Shown here in pieces: positions 48,496 through 61,800 of a stretch of 64,000 nt of DNA. Within the stretch, counting starts at the first letter, position 1. Each line of letters starts with the position of its first letter. The translations under genes and the position numbers were made by a program. The stretch lies in NCBI GenBank assembly GCA_023920165.1, contig CP089277.1, positions 310,001 to 374,000 of the forward strand, in the 5' to 3' direction. Source of the DNA: Curvularia clavata. Lineage: Eukaryota. The notes beneath the pieces were generated by a model. It had not been told where the DNA came from. It did not search any database and saw only the letters and a list, made by a program, of their open reading frames with translations.

Positions 48496-49546
48496 TGGGA
48501 CAATCCAGGCGACTGTGGCGAGTGTCCACAAAGTCAATGGCAGAGAGAGGAGAGAATAAAGGACGGAGGGACGGAGGGCAGGTTGTTGATAATGGCGTGT
48601 GGTGCCTGGGAGTCAACTTTTTCCTTAGCGATGACGAACGAACGGCGCACGGAATTGGTCTTTGCTTCTGCGCCAACAGATAAGGCCTTTTTCCCAATCA
48701 CCGCCTCTGCTCGCCGCGCCCATTGCCCACGCTCCCGCCCACGCCCTGTCCTCCCGCGCAAATAATTCCTGTTTCCAGACGCCGGGAATATTGCGTCTCC
48801 CATTATCGGATTCAGACTGCGGATCCGGTCTCGGGTCGCCGCCCGTCCGCCCTTGCACATGCACCACAGGCGCCTTTGATCACTCCGAAATCTTCCATTG
48901 TGAACAGACACACAGCATTTCTTCTTGCATGCATTGCTCAGCTCGCCATGTCATCCCACTCCACTCCGCTGGCCCGGTGGCTGATTGCCGAACCTCCATC
49001 TCCCGCCGGGAAGGGCAGGGTGCAAGTGTGGCGTCCAAGGCTGCGCTGGGTTTGTCAGCCTCAGTGCCTTGAATGCGTTCTTTTACGTGCACCAAATCGC
49101 CCTAGTAGCTTTGTTGGATTTTAGAACTCCCAGCTATTATTGTTCCCTGCCGCGGCTGTAGTCGTGGTCCCACGCAATGCGATCAAGTACAAGAGATTTG
49201 CCGGTGGTGTCAACGGATTGTATCCATCGTTCTGTGCACTAGTCTCCGCGAACTAGGGACTGCTAAATCCTCGTATAAATCTAGAGAAAATGTTCGACCC
49301 AGCAAAACAACACAGAAATGTAAGCTGGACATCGCCACGCATGATGCAAATGATGACGATGACCACTCATCCTCCCCCGCTCGCAGACTGCCCAATCGGG
49401 TTTAGCGCTGAGGTTCACATGTATACAACACTCTCACGGCGCATTCCGGATGAAATGTAGTATCACTTCTATTCTCTCACATGCAAAAGCACGCGTAGAA
49501 CAGATATCTTGCTCTGTGAACATACCTCCCAAACCACAAGCACAAT

Positions 49547-49944
49547 ATGCCGCACGCAACAGCAACCGTAAATGGCATCGTAGTCGCCGAAACAGACTCG
49601 TACGAAGTCGTTGATGGAAACATTTATGTTGGTCTCACTTATACCAAATCTCATATGCTCTTTTCTATGTGCATTCTCGATCCTCCACAACATCCATACG
49701 CATTCATATTCCCACTAACAACCCCCAGTTCCCACCCGACACCATCAAAAAGTCCTATTTCAGCCCCACGTCCACAAAAACCCACTGTCCCTACAAGGGC
49801 GACGCCAGCTACTACACCGTCACAACCAACAAGACCGAAGTCAAGGATGCTGCATGGTATTACCCGGAGCCGCTTGAAGGCATGAACAAGATAAAGGGCT
49901 ATGTCGCCTTTTACAAGACCAAGGCTGATGTCAAGAGTGAATAA
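49547..49944 (+). CDS. DUF427 domain protein, 2 exons
   Basis: VNGIVVAET..VDGNIY joins FPP across intron ~49628-49728; THCPYKGDASYY, AAWYYPEP and IKGYVAFY. Confidence 0.88.
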
Positions 49945-50128
49945 GGAACATGGGTATAAAGACTTGGATTGATTATTCCAAATCCAAAAAAATGGCGAAG
50001 CTTATCGTCTAAGAGAAAGCTTTTATGTCATGCCCAAGAACCCCTTTATATAAACGCCAGTGAAATGCTCGTGAGATTGTCGTCAACAAATGAAAAAGCA
50101 GAGTGCAAGATCATGACTGCTGTTGAAA

Positions 50129-51661
50129 CTATGCATCAACAGCCATCATGGTATCGTCACCGTCAATGCCTACCGCTGGAGGTTCAATCATGACACCACG
50201 GCCCCTGCCCTCAAGCAGCTCTCTCCGTACCTCGGCGCTGATGCTTCTGTGGCCTCTGGTCAGGAGCAGGTCGAGCAGTGCCTCTCTCTGATCCTCAGTG
50301 ATGTCGTTCCTGTATCTCTGCGCGAAAGCAAGTAAGCACTGGTGCCAGATGACTGGCAGCTTGCCCGTGTTGCCCAGGTCGCCAGCTACAGACTCCGTGT
50401 CCATGACATCTCCGCTGCTTGCACCCACGCCCCGGAATCGCAAGAAGTGGAAGACGAGCGCATCAATAACCTTGTAGGGCAGCGCATACTTCTTCTCCAG
50501 CAGTGTCTTGATGAAGATATTGCATGGGCCTGCGGCATCTGGGTCTGAAGACATTTGCTCTGCGGCAATCTCGCAGAGGCGGTGCAGGGCCGCGGCAGAG
50601 TGCAAGACGGGCACAGAGACCTTGGCCACGACCGAGGCTACGATGACGGCGTCACGTTGCGTGCATGAGATATCTGTGAGCATCGGGAACACGATGCCCT
50701 TGAAAAATGCGCTTGGCTTGTAGAGTGCCTTCTTCAGCGCATTGTACAGATGCACATTGAGCTTGTGCGTTTCGCGAATGTTTTGTTGTACAAGCGGCAG
50801 CAAGATCGTGTTGAGGAAGATTTGCGCCGTCTGCGGCTTCGCAGAGACGAATATGCGTGTCGCTGCGTAGGTTGCATTTGGTGTCCAGTCATCAGGACGA
50901 GTGATGGCAACGAGGGTTTCCCAGGCAGGAATCGTAGGGAGGATCTTGAAGGGTTTGGGCAGCTTTCCGCTCTTGTAGCGGCTCAGAATGAGACCAATCT
51001 TCGAGTATACTATGCGAGGTTAGCAGTGCGACGAAACCAGTACAGTGTACAAAATACCTTCGACGACCTTGGCTGGCAGTTCAATAGCGTCTTCTGGCGC
51101 ACCGCCGCCTTGAATTGCTGGTTGTTGCACTTCGCCTCCAGCCTCGTGCGCAGCAATCTTTTCGAGAATGAGTGCAGCCAGATCCGTGCCTGGACCCGAA
51201 GGTTGCGCTTCTTCGCCGGGCCAAACAATCGGGTTGTCGTCGGTTGGAATGAACTTGTTCCATGCCGCCAGGTCGTTGGCATCGATCTCGACTTCCTCGA
51301 CCTCTTCGTCACCGTCGTCGTCGCCCCAAGCTTCATCGTCGTCCCCAGCCGGTGCTCCGTCCTCTTCAATCAGATCATCCTCTCCCATGCGCGCCTCAAA
51401 ATCGAAGGCAGGGTTGACTTCTTGTGGTCTTTGGGCCTTGGCCTCTCTCGCATCCTCCTCTTCCAACTCTCGTCCGATTTCCAGAATTTTGCGCGAGCTC
51501 TTGGAGTCTACATATCTCTGCTCGTCATCCTCCTTGTCACCCTTGTTGCGCTTTTGGCGCTTCGGTCCCTTGTTCTTCCACGGGTCGGAGGGCGCATATT
51601 CTTCGGCTAGAGGGTTGTGTCGCTGGTCGCGCACACCGGGGGACTTTGGCGCTTTCGGCAT
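50129..51661 (-). CDS. ENP1: Bystin / Enp1, 40S biogenesis factor, 2 exons
   Basis: RHNPL, YVDSKSSRKIL, YKSGKLPKPFK, ALKKALYKPSAFFKG and LPVIWHQCLLAFAQRY. Confidence 0.95.
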
Positions 51662-51944
51662 GATGGGCGAATATTGAGTGGTCGCAGATGGTGGATGTGT
51701 CAAAGAAGCAGTGACTCTGCCGAAACAAAAAGTGCAGAACCGTAGAATATGGTTGGGCAGCTACGGCAGGAGTCGTCCAACGGTGATTTGGAAAAGTTGG
51801 AGCGGCGGAACCAAAAATTTGGTGGGGTTCGACTTTCGCGTACTAATGGCCCGCCGTAGGAGCTGCACGTCTCCACTCGCCGACGGACGTAACGCGCCTT
51901 GTATTGACGACACAGCAATTGCGTCCACTGCATTTGCTCCCATC

Positions 51945-53720
51945 ATGGCCGACTCTCACCCTCCCTCGCGCTCCAATACGCCCACCCTGGGCCCCCCGAT
52001 GAGGCGGCCCCCCGAGGGAGACAATGCGCCCGCTGTATCGTCGCCGCTCAACCCCAATCCCGACGCAGCAGCGCGTGCAAGACCAAAGGCGCCCGCGCGC
52101 GAGCAGCGAGAGAAGCGCGAGACCATCAAGAAGCGCGAGGCTTCGGCTTCAGCGCGCCAGAGCACTCCAAATGCCAGCACGAGCGCAAAGTCGAAGAAAG
52201 AGCGTCCCTCGGCCGATTCGCCCATGAGGTATTCGATTCCCGAGCCCAGGCCCTCCGACTACGAAGCCCCCAAGGACAGTACCCTGCTCTCACACGAGCC
52301 GAACCCTATGTATGCGCCGGACGGTGTGACGGAGCTCAAGAAGCCCCACGACATTGCCTGGAACAAGAGGGGCTATAAGTACACGCACTGTGTTGCCGAC
52401 CCGCTCTTTCGTCACAAGCAGTACTACCGACAGAGCGAATCGAGGCCCTATGGTCCGAGAATGAGCCACGAGGATTGCGACAGATGGTTTCACTTTGACA
52501 ATAGCGCGACCGTTGTGTCCCAAGAGAAGGGCTGGCGCATGGGCAGAGGCAATGTGGTAGCAAGAGAAGGCAGGATGTACTACGAGGTCAAGGTCCTGCG
52601 TGGAATACCTGAGAACGGTCCCAAAGACCCGATCGACCCAAACACAGGCGAGATCAAGCCCGGCCCACATGTGCGCATGGGCTGGGCAAGGAGAGAAGCG
52701 CCTCTTGACGCACCCGTTGGTTTCGATGGTTACAGCTATGGCATCACAGACGCACGCTTTGAGGCCCAGCATCGATCGCGCGCCTCCAAGATCTTTAAGC
52801 CGCTGCCGAAGAACGCCAAGACCAAGCACATGAAGGCCAGGCCACCACATGGCAAGCCTATGCCTGTTGAATATGTTATAGATCAGCATATTCAAGAAGG
52901 TGATGTGATCGGTTTGGAGATTCAATTGCCATCCATGTCCATGCACCGTAAGGTTGTCGAAGGTATCTACAACCCGGCCGTAGATTTGGGAGACGGCTTT
53001 GATACCGTCAGCAACCAAGACCCGTTCGACAGGCCTATCGACATCATCCGCGATCGTATACCCGTGCCCTACAAAGGTAACTTTTACTTTGAGCAGCTGG
53101 ACTACCAGGTCACCAAGATGGTTGAAGCATACCATGATCGTGGCCCCGTTCCTAAGATACATCCTTCACCAAATCATGACGAGGTCAGCGTGCGATCGCT
53201 GCCACATTCGCACATCAAGGTCTACAGGAACGGACAGGAAGTAGGCATTGCTTTTGAGAACCTTTTGGCTTTCCTTCCGCCAGCCAGTATGCCTTCAGTC
53301 GAGGCAATCAAAGCTGGTGCACGTCCGGGCTTCGACGATGGCATGGTAGGCTACTTTCCAGCAATCTCACTATTCAACGGAGGCGTTGCTCAGGTCAACT
53401 TTGGTCCAGATTTCTGGTGCCCGCCTGAGGAGATGACCAAGCAGCGCGAGCGCGACGTACAGATGGCGAACGGAGAGGCAACCGAACAACATCTCCCAGA
53501 GGGTCGAAGACTCCGCGCCATTGGAGAACGTTACAAAGAACAAATTGCCGAAGACATCGTCTGGGATATCATTGACGAGGTCGACTTCTTCACCCAAGAC
53601 GGTGGGTGGGACTACAAGGGCGAGGCTCCCCAAGACGTCACTGGCAAGTCTACGCCTAGGGCGCGTGGCTTCGCGAATCCTGACGAAAATCTTGGTGTGG
53701 AGGTTGGCAAGCGTTATTAG
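51945..53720 (+). CDS. BRE2: COMPASS/Set1C subunit Bre2/Ash2 (SPRY domain)
   Basis: NKRGYKY, EKGWRMGRGNV..REGRMYYEV, HVRMGWARREAPLDAPVGFDGYSYG, VNFGPDF and RYKEQIAEDIVWDIIDE. Confidence 0.9.
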   Translation: MADSHPPSRSNTPTLGPPMRRPPEGDNAPAVSSPLNPNPDAAARARPKAPAREQREKRETIKKREASASARQSTPNASTSAKSKKERPSADSPMRYSIPEPRPSDYEAPKDSTLLSHEPNPMYAPDGVTELKKPHDIAWNKRGYKYTHCVADPLFRHKQYYRQSESRPYGPRMSHEDCDRWFHFDNSATVVSQEKGWRMGRGNVVAREGRMYYEVKVLRGIPENGPKDPIDPNTGEIKPGPHVRMGWARREAPLDAPVGFDGYSYGITDARFEAQHRSRASKIFKPLPKNAKTKHMKARPPHGKPMPVEYVIDQHIQEGDVIGLEIQLPSMSMHRKVVEGIYNPAVDLGDGFDTVSNQDPFDRPIDIIRDRIPVPYKGNFYFEQLDYQVTKMVEAYHDRGPVPKIHPSPNHDEVSVRSLPHSHIKVYRNGQEVGIAFENLLAFLPPASMPSVEAIKAGARPGFDDGMVGYFPAISLFNGGVAQVNFGPDFWCPPEEMTKQRERDVQMANGEATEQHLPEGRRLRAIGERYKEQIAEDIVWDIIDEVDFFTQDGGWDYKGEAPQDVTGKSTPRARGFANPDENLGVEVGKRY

Positions 53721-54209
53721 ATGGGTATTGATGACGAATGGCCGGATTGTTCGAAAAGTAGTAGTTTTAGCAGGGCGTATAGGTATACCCAAATATCACT
53801 GGTTAATCCGTTGAGAGCTTACATGCACTTATGCAGAACTTCCTCATTTTCACACGCCCTTGTCATTGTCTCCGCTATTCTTCATGGATTCGAGTCGTCA
53901 CTCATGTGCATCATTGGTCCAACAACTGATGCCTGGAGGCGGATTTGCATGTAGAATTCCGTCGCACGCCCTACGGAATTCCGTCTTCAGATGTCTTAAC
54001 CACTTCGGGTTATTCGCGCGGAATTACCGACATCGGCATTTGTGCACTTGACGCCATGTATTTATTCTTGCCTCCGTGTTTGGATATCCTTACACAGCAT
54101 TCTAGTTTTCCTTTCATAGACAGTAAGAGGTAGAGGGGCTAACTGTAGTCTACTTTTCCAATTGTCCAGTTCCTTTTGTGTTTTGTGAGAGCACTTGGCC
54201 TACCCCACA

Positions 54210-55841
54210 ATGGATTCTTCACAGTTTCAGAAGGCGGCAAAAGGAGCCATTGACGAAAGTATGTATGTCCGTCTTTGATCGGACGTTGCTCAACATCAAT
54301 TAGTTGTCCAATACTACGACACACTAGATGAACGACCAGTTCTACCCGCTGTGAAACCGGGCTACCTCCGCCCTTTGCTTCCATCCTCAACCCCGGAAGA
54401 AGGCGAGCCATGGGAAGCCATCCAAGCAGATATCGACCGCGTAATCATGCCGGGCCTCACACACTGGCAGTCTCCCAAATTCATGGCCTTCTTCCCATGT
54501 AATTCGTCCTTTGAAGGCATGTTAGGAGAGATGTATAGCGGTGCTTTCAATGCCGCTGCCTTCAACTGGGTCTGCTCGCCCGCAATCACGGAGCTAGAAA
54601 CTGTCGTCATGGACTGGGTAGCCAAGCTCATCTCTCTACCCAACGAGTTCCTTAGTGATGGAGAAGGCGGAGGCATTATTCAAGGAACAGCCAGCGAAGT
54701 CGTACTGACGGCGCTCGTAGCCGCCCGCGAGCGCATCATTAGACGGAAGCTAGGAGACATGCCTGAAGGCGAAGAAAGAATAGACGCTGCAGCAGACATA
54801 CGCGGCAAACTAGTCGCTCTGGGCTCCGAACACGCGCATTCATCAACGCAGAAGGCTGCCGTCATAGCAGGAACACGGTTCCGCAGTGTTCCGGCTCCCA
54901 AAGAGACAAACTACAGTGTCACTGCTGCCGCGCTCCGCCAGACAATCGAGCAGTGCAGAGCCAAAGGCCTTGAGCCATTCTACTTCACCATCACCCTCGG
55001 CAGCACGGGTACTTGCGCCATCGACGACCTCGAAGGCATTGCCGCTCTCGCTCAGGAATTCCCAGACCTCTGGATCCACGTCGATGCCGCCTACGCCGGC
55101 TCTGCCCTCGTCTGCCCGGAGTACCAGCATCTCTGCGCCCCCATTGCACACTTTGACTCGTTCAATTTCAACCTGCACAAATGGCTCCTTGTCAACTTCG
55201 ACTGCTCCGCCTTCTTCATCAAGAAGCGTAAAGACCTCATCGACACGTACTCCATCACGCCCAGCTATCTGCGCAATCCACACTCAGACCAAGGCCTCGT
55301 AACCGACTACCGTGACTGGCAGATTCCGCTGGGCCGCCGGTTCCGCAGTCTCAAAGTATGGTTCGTACTGCGGAGCTACGGCGTCAGCGGCCTGCGCGCT
55401 TTCATTCGCAAACACGTTCAACTAGGCGAATACTTCCACGACTTACTTGCCTCCCGAAAAGACCTGTTTAGCATCGAGACGAAACCGGCATTCGGACTCG
55501 TCACTTTCCAGGTTCGACCGCCGCCGCCTGCTGCTACTTCCACCTTGGAATCGGGTGCCGTGCCGGCGAATAGACCAGATCCCAGCCATGGAGCGCTGCA
55601 GAATGGGTTCCAGACGGATGCTGAGGCACAGTATCTGGAGATTGTGAATCAGCGGACAAAGGAGGTGTATGAGAGGATTAATAGTGAAGGGAACTTCTTC
55701 CTGACGAGCATGGTTATTGGGGGTAGGTACGCGATTCGGGTTGTTAGTGCGACGTTGAAGAGTGAGGAGAAGTGGATGAAGATGCTCTTTGAGGAGTTGG
55801 TGGAGATTGCAGAGGGAAGAGAGGATAGGAAGACTCCGTGA
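54210..55841 (+). CDS. Aromatic-L-amino-acid decarboxylase (group II PLP decarboxylase), 2 exons
   Basis: Exon 1 MDSSQFQKAAKGAIDE, intron 54259-54303. PGLTHWQSPKFMAFFP, HVDAAYAG, PLP lysine in NLHKWLL, DWQIPLGRRFRSLK. Confidence 0.92.
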
Positions 55842-55950
55842 AAGTTGATCAAGATCCAGACACTGGTATTTGTCCTAGGGTCTCAAGATTCAAATATTCT
55901 TTTAGGCTAGGCGCGCAACAAAGCTTCATTGTATTCTGCAGACATCCAAA

Positions 55951-57093
55951 CTACGCGTCTAATCGCAGTATCCGTACAGCGTTGCCACCAAGGACATCCT
56001 GGGCTTTCTTGTCGTCTGTGGAAAAGGTCTTGGATATAGCTTTGTAATTCGCGTTAACGCTATGCCACTCCTTTGCATCTTCCTCGAGTGGTGGAAAGAA
56101 CGGGTGGTCAGTACCTAATCGATATTAGCCTCGCAGTTTGGACATGACACAATCCAAAGACTTACCAAACAGCAGTCTATCAGACCCTGAAGCCTCGAGC
56201 GCAGCCTTTAGTCCCACCTCGGAGTATATAACTGCGTCGAGATAGATGTTTGTCTTGAGTATATCCCACACATCTCTCCTGTTCTGAGTCTTGCCATGCT
56301 TCTTCAGATGGCCATCATGTAAAATGCACGACTCAATTCTACCAGCCAAAAACGGCAGTGTGCCTCCTGAATGTGCCAACAAAACATTGAGCTTTGTGAA
56401 CCGATCCCAGACTCCGCTCAACAGCATCCTGCTCACTGCAATTGTGGTCTCAAGCGGGAAACCAAGGGCCAATGGTAGTACGTGGCCGTATTCGCTCGCA
56501 CGAGGACCGTAGACGGACGCCGGGAGACCGTAGTGTGGGTGGAGGAAAATAAGCTGCTGGTGCTTCTCAAGGGCTGCGTATACAGGGTCGAGTTTCGCGT
56601 CGTCGAGTCCTTGTCCTAGACCTGATGTTCCCATGATAACGCCCCTAGCCCACTTGAGCGTACTCAGTCGTTCTATCTCGGCGGTTATGACCTCAGGCGA
56701 AGCCGAGAGTGGGAGTGTGCCGAAGAAGTACAGTCGCCCAGGATATTGATCGCACTGGTTGTTGACGTCGTCATTGATCTTCTTGGCCGCCTCGCCCGCT
56801 TCTTCTGCTGGCAAAAAGTCTAGCCATGGGTTCGCTAGCGAAATGACGGACTTATCAATCTTGTGAAGGTCCATGAACGCTATCTTCTCCTTGATCTCGT
56901 AGTATTCTTGGCCAATTGGGCGACCGCGTGAGGTTGATGGCATCGAGGGATCATCTTCTCCAGGCAGGATGATTAGACGGGCAGAATCTGGAGCATCTGG
57001 GAATGTGCGGACATAGGGTACAGTTGAGCGCGAGCGCAGAAGCTCCATGTACTTTGGAGGATAGACATGGGTGTGGACGTCGACGATTGGCAT
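55951..57093 (-). CDS. Amidohydrolase-family decarboxylase, uracil-5-carboxylate (isoorotate) decarboxylase-like, 2 exons
   Basis: DVHTHVYPP, SVISLANPWLDF, FLHPHYG, LAHSGGTLPFLAGRI. Intron 56165-56115, then FGTDHPFFPP...LGGNAVRIL. Confidence 0.85.
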
Positions 57094-57473
57094 GGTTGTG
57101 TTTGAAGACGCGCTTGTACGCGTCAATTGTTGAGAGATCGATCGCTGGATGAGGACTGTTTGGTATGTAAAGTTGTGAAGAGAAGATGTAAAGTTTCTAG
57201 ATCAAGCTATCGCCCTGCATTCGAGATAGCACATAGATCGTGGAATGATTGACCCTGGCGGGGTAGCTTTGGATTGCCCCACTACATAGCGCTCGCCATC
57301 CCACCTTCCCCAAGGGGCAAGGGAAAATGGAGCCACTTGTTTTGCTGTGACGGAGATGGCCGCAAGAAATATGTCATTTTGGAGTGTCGTGATAAGCCAA
57401 CATGTGTATGTGTCTATAAGAGGAATTTCCTGTGTCCTATTCCAGGCAACTTTCGTGTTGAACATGCAACAGA

Positions 57474-58211
57474 TTAAGCCCGAGTTCTCAGGAATAAATT
57501 GGCGGGCTTATCCCAATTCTTGAACTCCTCGTCCACCTCATATTGAATATCACCGGTGCCTTCGTCTTTGAACCCTAGTCTCTGATATACCGATCTTCCC
57601 ATGGCACTTCCCTCGGTGGTGCATTCCAGATCGCCTCTCCTCTTTGCTTCTGCCAGACCGGCTTCAACAAGCTTGGCTGCGATTCCACGGCGTTGGTAAG
57701 CCGGATCGACTGCGCACATATCTAAGGTGAAGATGGCAGGCGGGTTACGGCCTGATTCCTTGACTTCGTGCATGTATGCGATACGCCGCTTCCATAGCGA
57801 GTCGAACATTTGCTGTGCAAAGCGCCGGTTCTTCTCATCGAACTCAGTAAGACTCGCACTCATGTCGCTGGAGAAAGAATCGCCATAGCCTTCTACGAAC
57901 GAGAATTGCTTCCAAATTGCCAAACCGACGACTCGTCTCTCGCCTGGATGGTCCGGGTCGGGGAGGGTGGCCTTTAGGTAGAGGGCATTGGGCTGCCCAG
58001 CCTTGTTGGTAGTGGTGGACTGCCACCTCTTCAGCAATCCCTGGGCGTGTTTGGCTTGTCCTTCCTCGGTGTCCCATCCAGGATTCATGAGCATCCAGAC
58101 TGAATCCTTTGCTTGGCGGCCGAACGCTTCAGACAAGCAGTGTTGCGCCTGTCTGAAATCCTTCTCGGTCTCGAAGGGGGAGACAAAGATGTCATTGCTG
58201 TCCGAAACCAT
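57474..58211 (-). CDS. GNAT-family N-acetyltransferase
   Basis: Acetyl-CoA motif A, CAVDPAYQRRGIAAKLV, and GRSVYQRLGF. An alternative start at 58256 is possible. Confidence 0.85.
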   Translation of the reverse strand: MVSDSNDIFVSPFETEKDFRQAQHCLSEAFGRQAKDSVWMLMNPGWDTEEGQAKHAQGLLKRWQSTTTNKAGQPNALYLKATLPDPDHPGERRVVGLAIWKQFSFVEGYGDSFSSDMSASLTEFDEKNRRFAQQMFDSLWKRRIAYMHEVKESGRNPPAIFTLDMCAVDPAYQRRGIAAKLVEAGLAEAKRRGDLECTTEGSAMGRSVYQRLGFKDEGTGDIQYEVDEEFKNWDKPANLFLRTRA

Positions 58212-58843
58212 ATTTGAAGTTTGTGTAAAGATTTCGACTGTTCGGATACGTGTCATCCAGTTATTGATAGTGTGGCAAGCTTACGTATTGGAAATGTTGG
58301 ACTATAGCCGTGGGTCACGGCCGCATACGGTAGGAAGCTTGGCGGGGCGTTTTGATACTCAACTGACCCTGAGTAAACCATCGTGATGAAGAGACATAGG
58401 AACCCTCTGCTATGATTGTCAGAACATCTCAAGATTCCATCGTGTAAGTATATTCTTGCTGTTTAAAGCACATGGGCAATTGTCAGCAGGTAAGATGACC
58501 AAGAAAAAGAGCACTGGCAAACACCAAGACCTCCAGCATAATAATAACTTAAAGATTTATGACTCTGCCGGTTGGTATCTCGGACATAGTGGTGCCTGGG
58601 CAATGAGATGAATAGTCGAGATGATAACACTCTTATCACGTGCAAAGAGTGGGTGGCGGCAGTTAGCGTGGCGTAAATCAATTAGCAGGGATGACGCGCT
58701 CGCGCCTCGTACACGGTTTCGCGTTCTCCCTAGGCACTTTCTGCAACCACTCCACTCGACCCAAACAACAAACACATCCTCTATCGTCCAACCACCGCGG
58801 TACTACACTTACAAGTGTTGTATTCGTTGACGGTAGAACAAAA

Positions 58844-61800
58844 ATGCCCAGCACAGTAACAAAAGCGCCGGCGAAACGCGCCCTCGCCGAGACGTCTAAT
58901 ACGCGCACCAATGTACAGACGTCGCCCCGCTCCGCAAAGAAGTTGAAGGTTCAAGATGGGAAAGACAAGAGCAAGGCACCAGCCAAAATGGCCAATGATT
59001 CATTCAATTCAAGCCAGGCCGGTCCGAGCCAGTTCGAGGAGACATTGGAGAAGATGACACAGGATATGGAGGCGCTCAAGAAGGGTAATAAAGAGAAGGA
59101 TCAGGAATGGCGGCGGCCACCATTACCCGAAGACTTCAACGAGATGACCAGTAACCTTGTGTTCCAGCAGATTGAGGCCGAAGAAGGTGTGCTGCATGGT
59201 GGCAAGACCACCGTTAAACTGTTTGGTGTGACTGAGGTAAGGAGGCACTGACTGCAAACGTCAAGGGATGCTGACAAGTGCACGACAGGCTGGCCATTCC
59301 GTCCTACTTCACGTAACCGGTTTCCAACACTACTTCTACGTTGCTGCGCCCGTCAACTTCCAAAAGGCTGATTGCGAGCCCTACAAAATCTTCCTAGAGA
59401 GCGAGTGCCAAAAGAGCTTCAACCAGCACTCCGCCGTCATATCGTCGGTGCAAATGTGCATGAGAGAGAACATTCTACGCTTTCAAGGAAACCAAAAGAG
59501 CCCATACTTGAAGATTACTGTCAGCGATCCCAAGATGATCAACCGCGTACGGATGATGGTACAAAAGGGCAATGCCAACTACAAACGCCTTTGGCCAGCC
59601 AGAGAGGATGGCATTCTCACATTCGACAACATTGCTTACGTGTTGCGCTTCATGATCGATACAAACGTTGCTGGTATGTGCTGGGTCGAAGTCCCTGCCG
59701 CCAAGTGGAAGATGATAAATGTTCGAGACCGACATTCCAACTGCCAGGTTGAGGCTCAGGTACATTACAGCGACCTTATTGCACATCCATCTGAAGGTGA
59801 ATGGGCAAAGATCGCTCCTCTCCGTATCCTCTCTTTCGATATCGAATGCGCTGGCCGCAAGGGTATCTTCCCAGAGGCGAGTGTGGATCCTGTGATCCAG
59901 ATTGCGAACGTCGTTACAAGATACGGAGAGGACAAGCCCTTTGTCAGGAACGTCTTCTGTCTAGACACAGTCAGCTCCATCGCTGCAACACAGATTCTGT
60001 CTTTCCAAAACGAAGGTGACATGTTGATGAAGTGGCGCGACTTTCTGGAGGAAGTCGACCCGGATGTCATCATTGGTTACAACACCAGCAACTTCGATTT
60101 TCCGTATCTGCTTGACCGAGCCAAACATTTGAAGCTTCCAAAATTCCCATACTGGTCGCGTCTCAAGACAGTACAGTCCAAGGTAGAATCGTCCACTTTC
60201 TCGAGTAAACAACTGGGTGCTAGAGATACCAAGACGACGAACACCAACGGCCGCCTACAACTTGACTTGCTTCAGCTGATTCAGAGGGATTATCACCTCC
60301 GAAGTTACACACTCAACTCTGTGTGTGCTCATTTCCTGAAGGAGCAGAAGGAAGATGTACACCATAGCATGATCACAGAGCTGTTCAACGGCGATTCCAA
60401 TTCACGAAGACGTTTAGCTGTATACTGTCTGAAGGATGCCTATCTCCCACAGCGACTTCTCGACAAACTCATGTGTTTGGTCAACTACACGGAAATGGCT
60501 AGGGTCACAGGTGTGCCTTTCAACTATCTTCTCTCTAGAGGACAACAAGTGCGATTCATCAGCCAGTTGTTCCGCAAAGCCCTCGAACATCAGCTCGTCG
60601 TGCCGGATCTTCCAAATCAAGGTGACAGCACGGACCAGTACGAAGGTGCAACTGTCATTGAGCCCAAGCGTGGTTATTACAAAGAGCCCGTTGCTACTCT
60701 CGATTTTGCTTCGCTGTACCCCAGTATTATGCAAGCCCACAATCTGTGTTACACCACGTGGTTGGATAAGCAAACGGTGGAGAAGCTCAAGATGAAGAAG
60801 GACGAAGACTACATTGTAACCCCCAACGGCGACATGTTCTGCACAGCCAAGACACGAAAGGGTCTACTGACGGAGATTTTGGAAGAACTGCTGGGCGCAC
60901 GTAAAAGAGCGAAGAAGGAATTGGCAGTTGAGACAGACCCTTTCAAGAAGGCTGTGCTTAACGGTCGTCAACTTGCTCTGAAAGTCACAGCAAACTCCGT
61001 CTACGGTCTGACGGGCGCCACCAATGGAAAACTGCCTTGTCTTGCGATTGCCAGTAGTACCACCAGTTTTGGCCGTCAGATGATTGAAAAGGCCAAAGCT
61101 GAAGTAGAAGCAAAGTACAACATTGCTAACGGATACTCGCATGATGCCGAGGTCATCTATGGTGATACTGATTCCGTCATGGTCAAGTTCGGCACTTCGG
61201 AACTGAAAGAGGCAATGAAATTGGGTGAGGAGGCAGCAGAATACGTAACATCAAAGTTCGTCAGGCCTATCAAGCTGGAATTCGAAAAGGTCTACTTCCC
61301 TTATCTGCTTATCAACAAGAAGCGATACGCCGGTCTGTACTGGACAAACCCGAACAAATGGGACAAGATGGACACCAAAGGTATCGAGACGGTTCGTCGT
61401 GACAACTGTCGACTTGTTCAAAACGTCATCGAGACTTCACTGCGCATGTTGTTAATCGACCAGGACCCTGAGGGCGCACAAGAGTAAGTCATCTGAGCCT
61501 GGCAATACTTTTCACACTAACATAAAGTAGGTTCGTCAAGGAAACCATTGCAGATCTTTTGCAGAACAAGATCGATATGTCCAATCTTGTCATTACCAAG
61601 GCTCTTACAAAACAGGAAGACAAGGACGGCAAAGGTGGTTACGCCAACAAGCAGGCCCACGTCGAGCTCGCGGAGCGTATGAAGAAGCGCGACGCTGGAT
61701 CCGCGCCCGCCCTCGGTGACCGTGTCGCCTATGTCATGATCAGGGCCGCTACTGGAGCAAGGAATTTTGAAAAGTCCGAAGACCCAATATATGTTCTTGA

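Noticed and set aside
51678..51944. Upstream extension of the Bre2 ORF to 680 aa
   Set aside because: It starts at a non-ATG codon in the Enp1/Bre2 divergent promoter; the ATG at 51945 is preferred.
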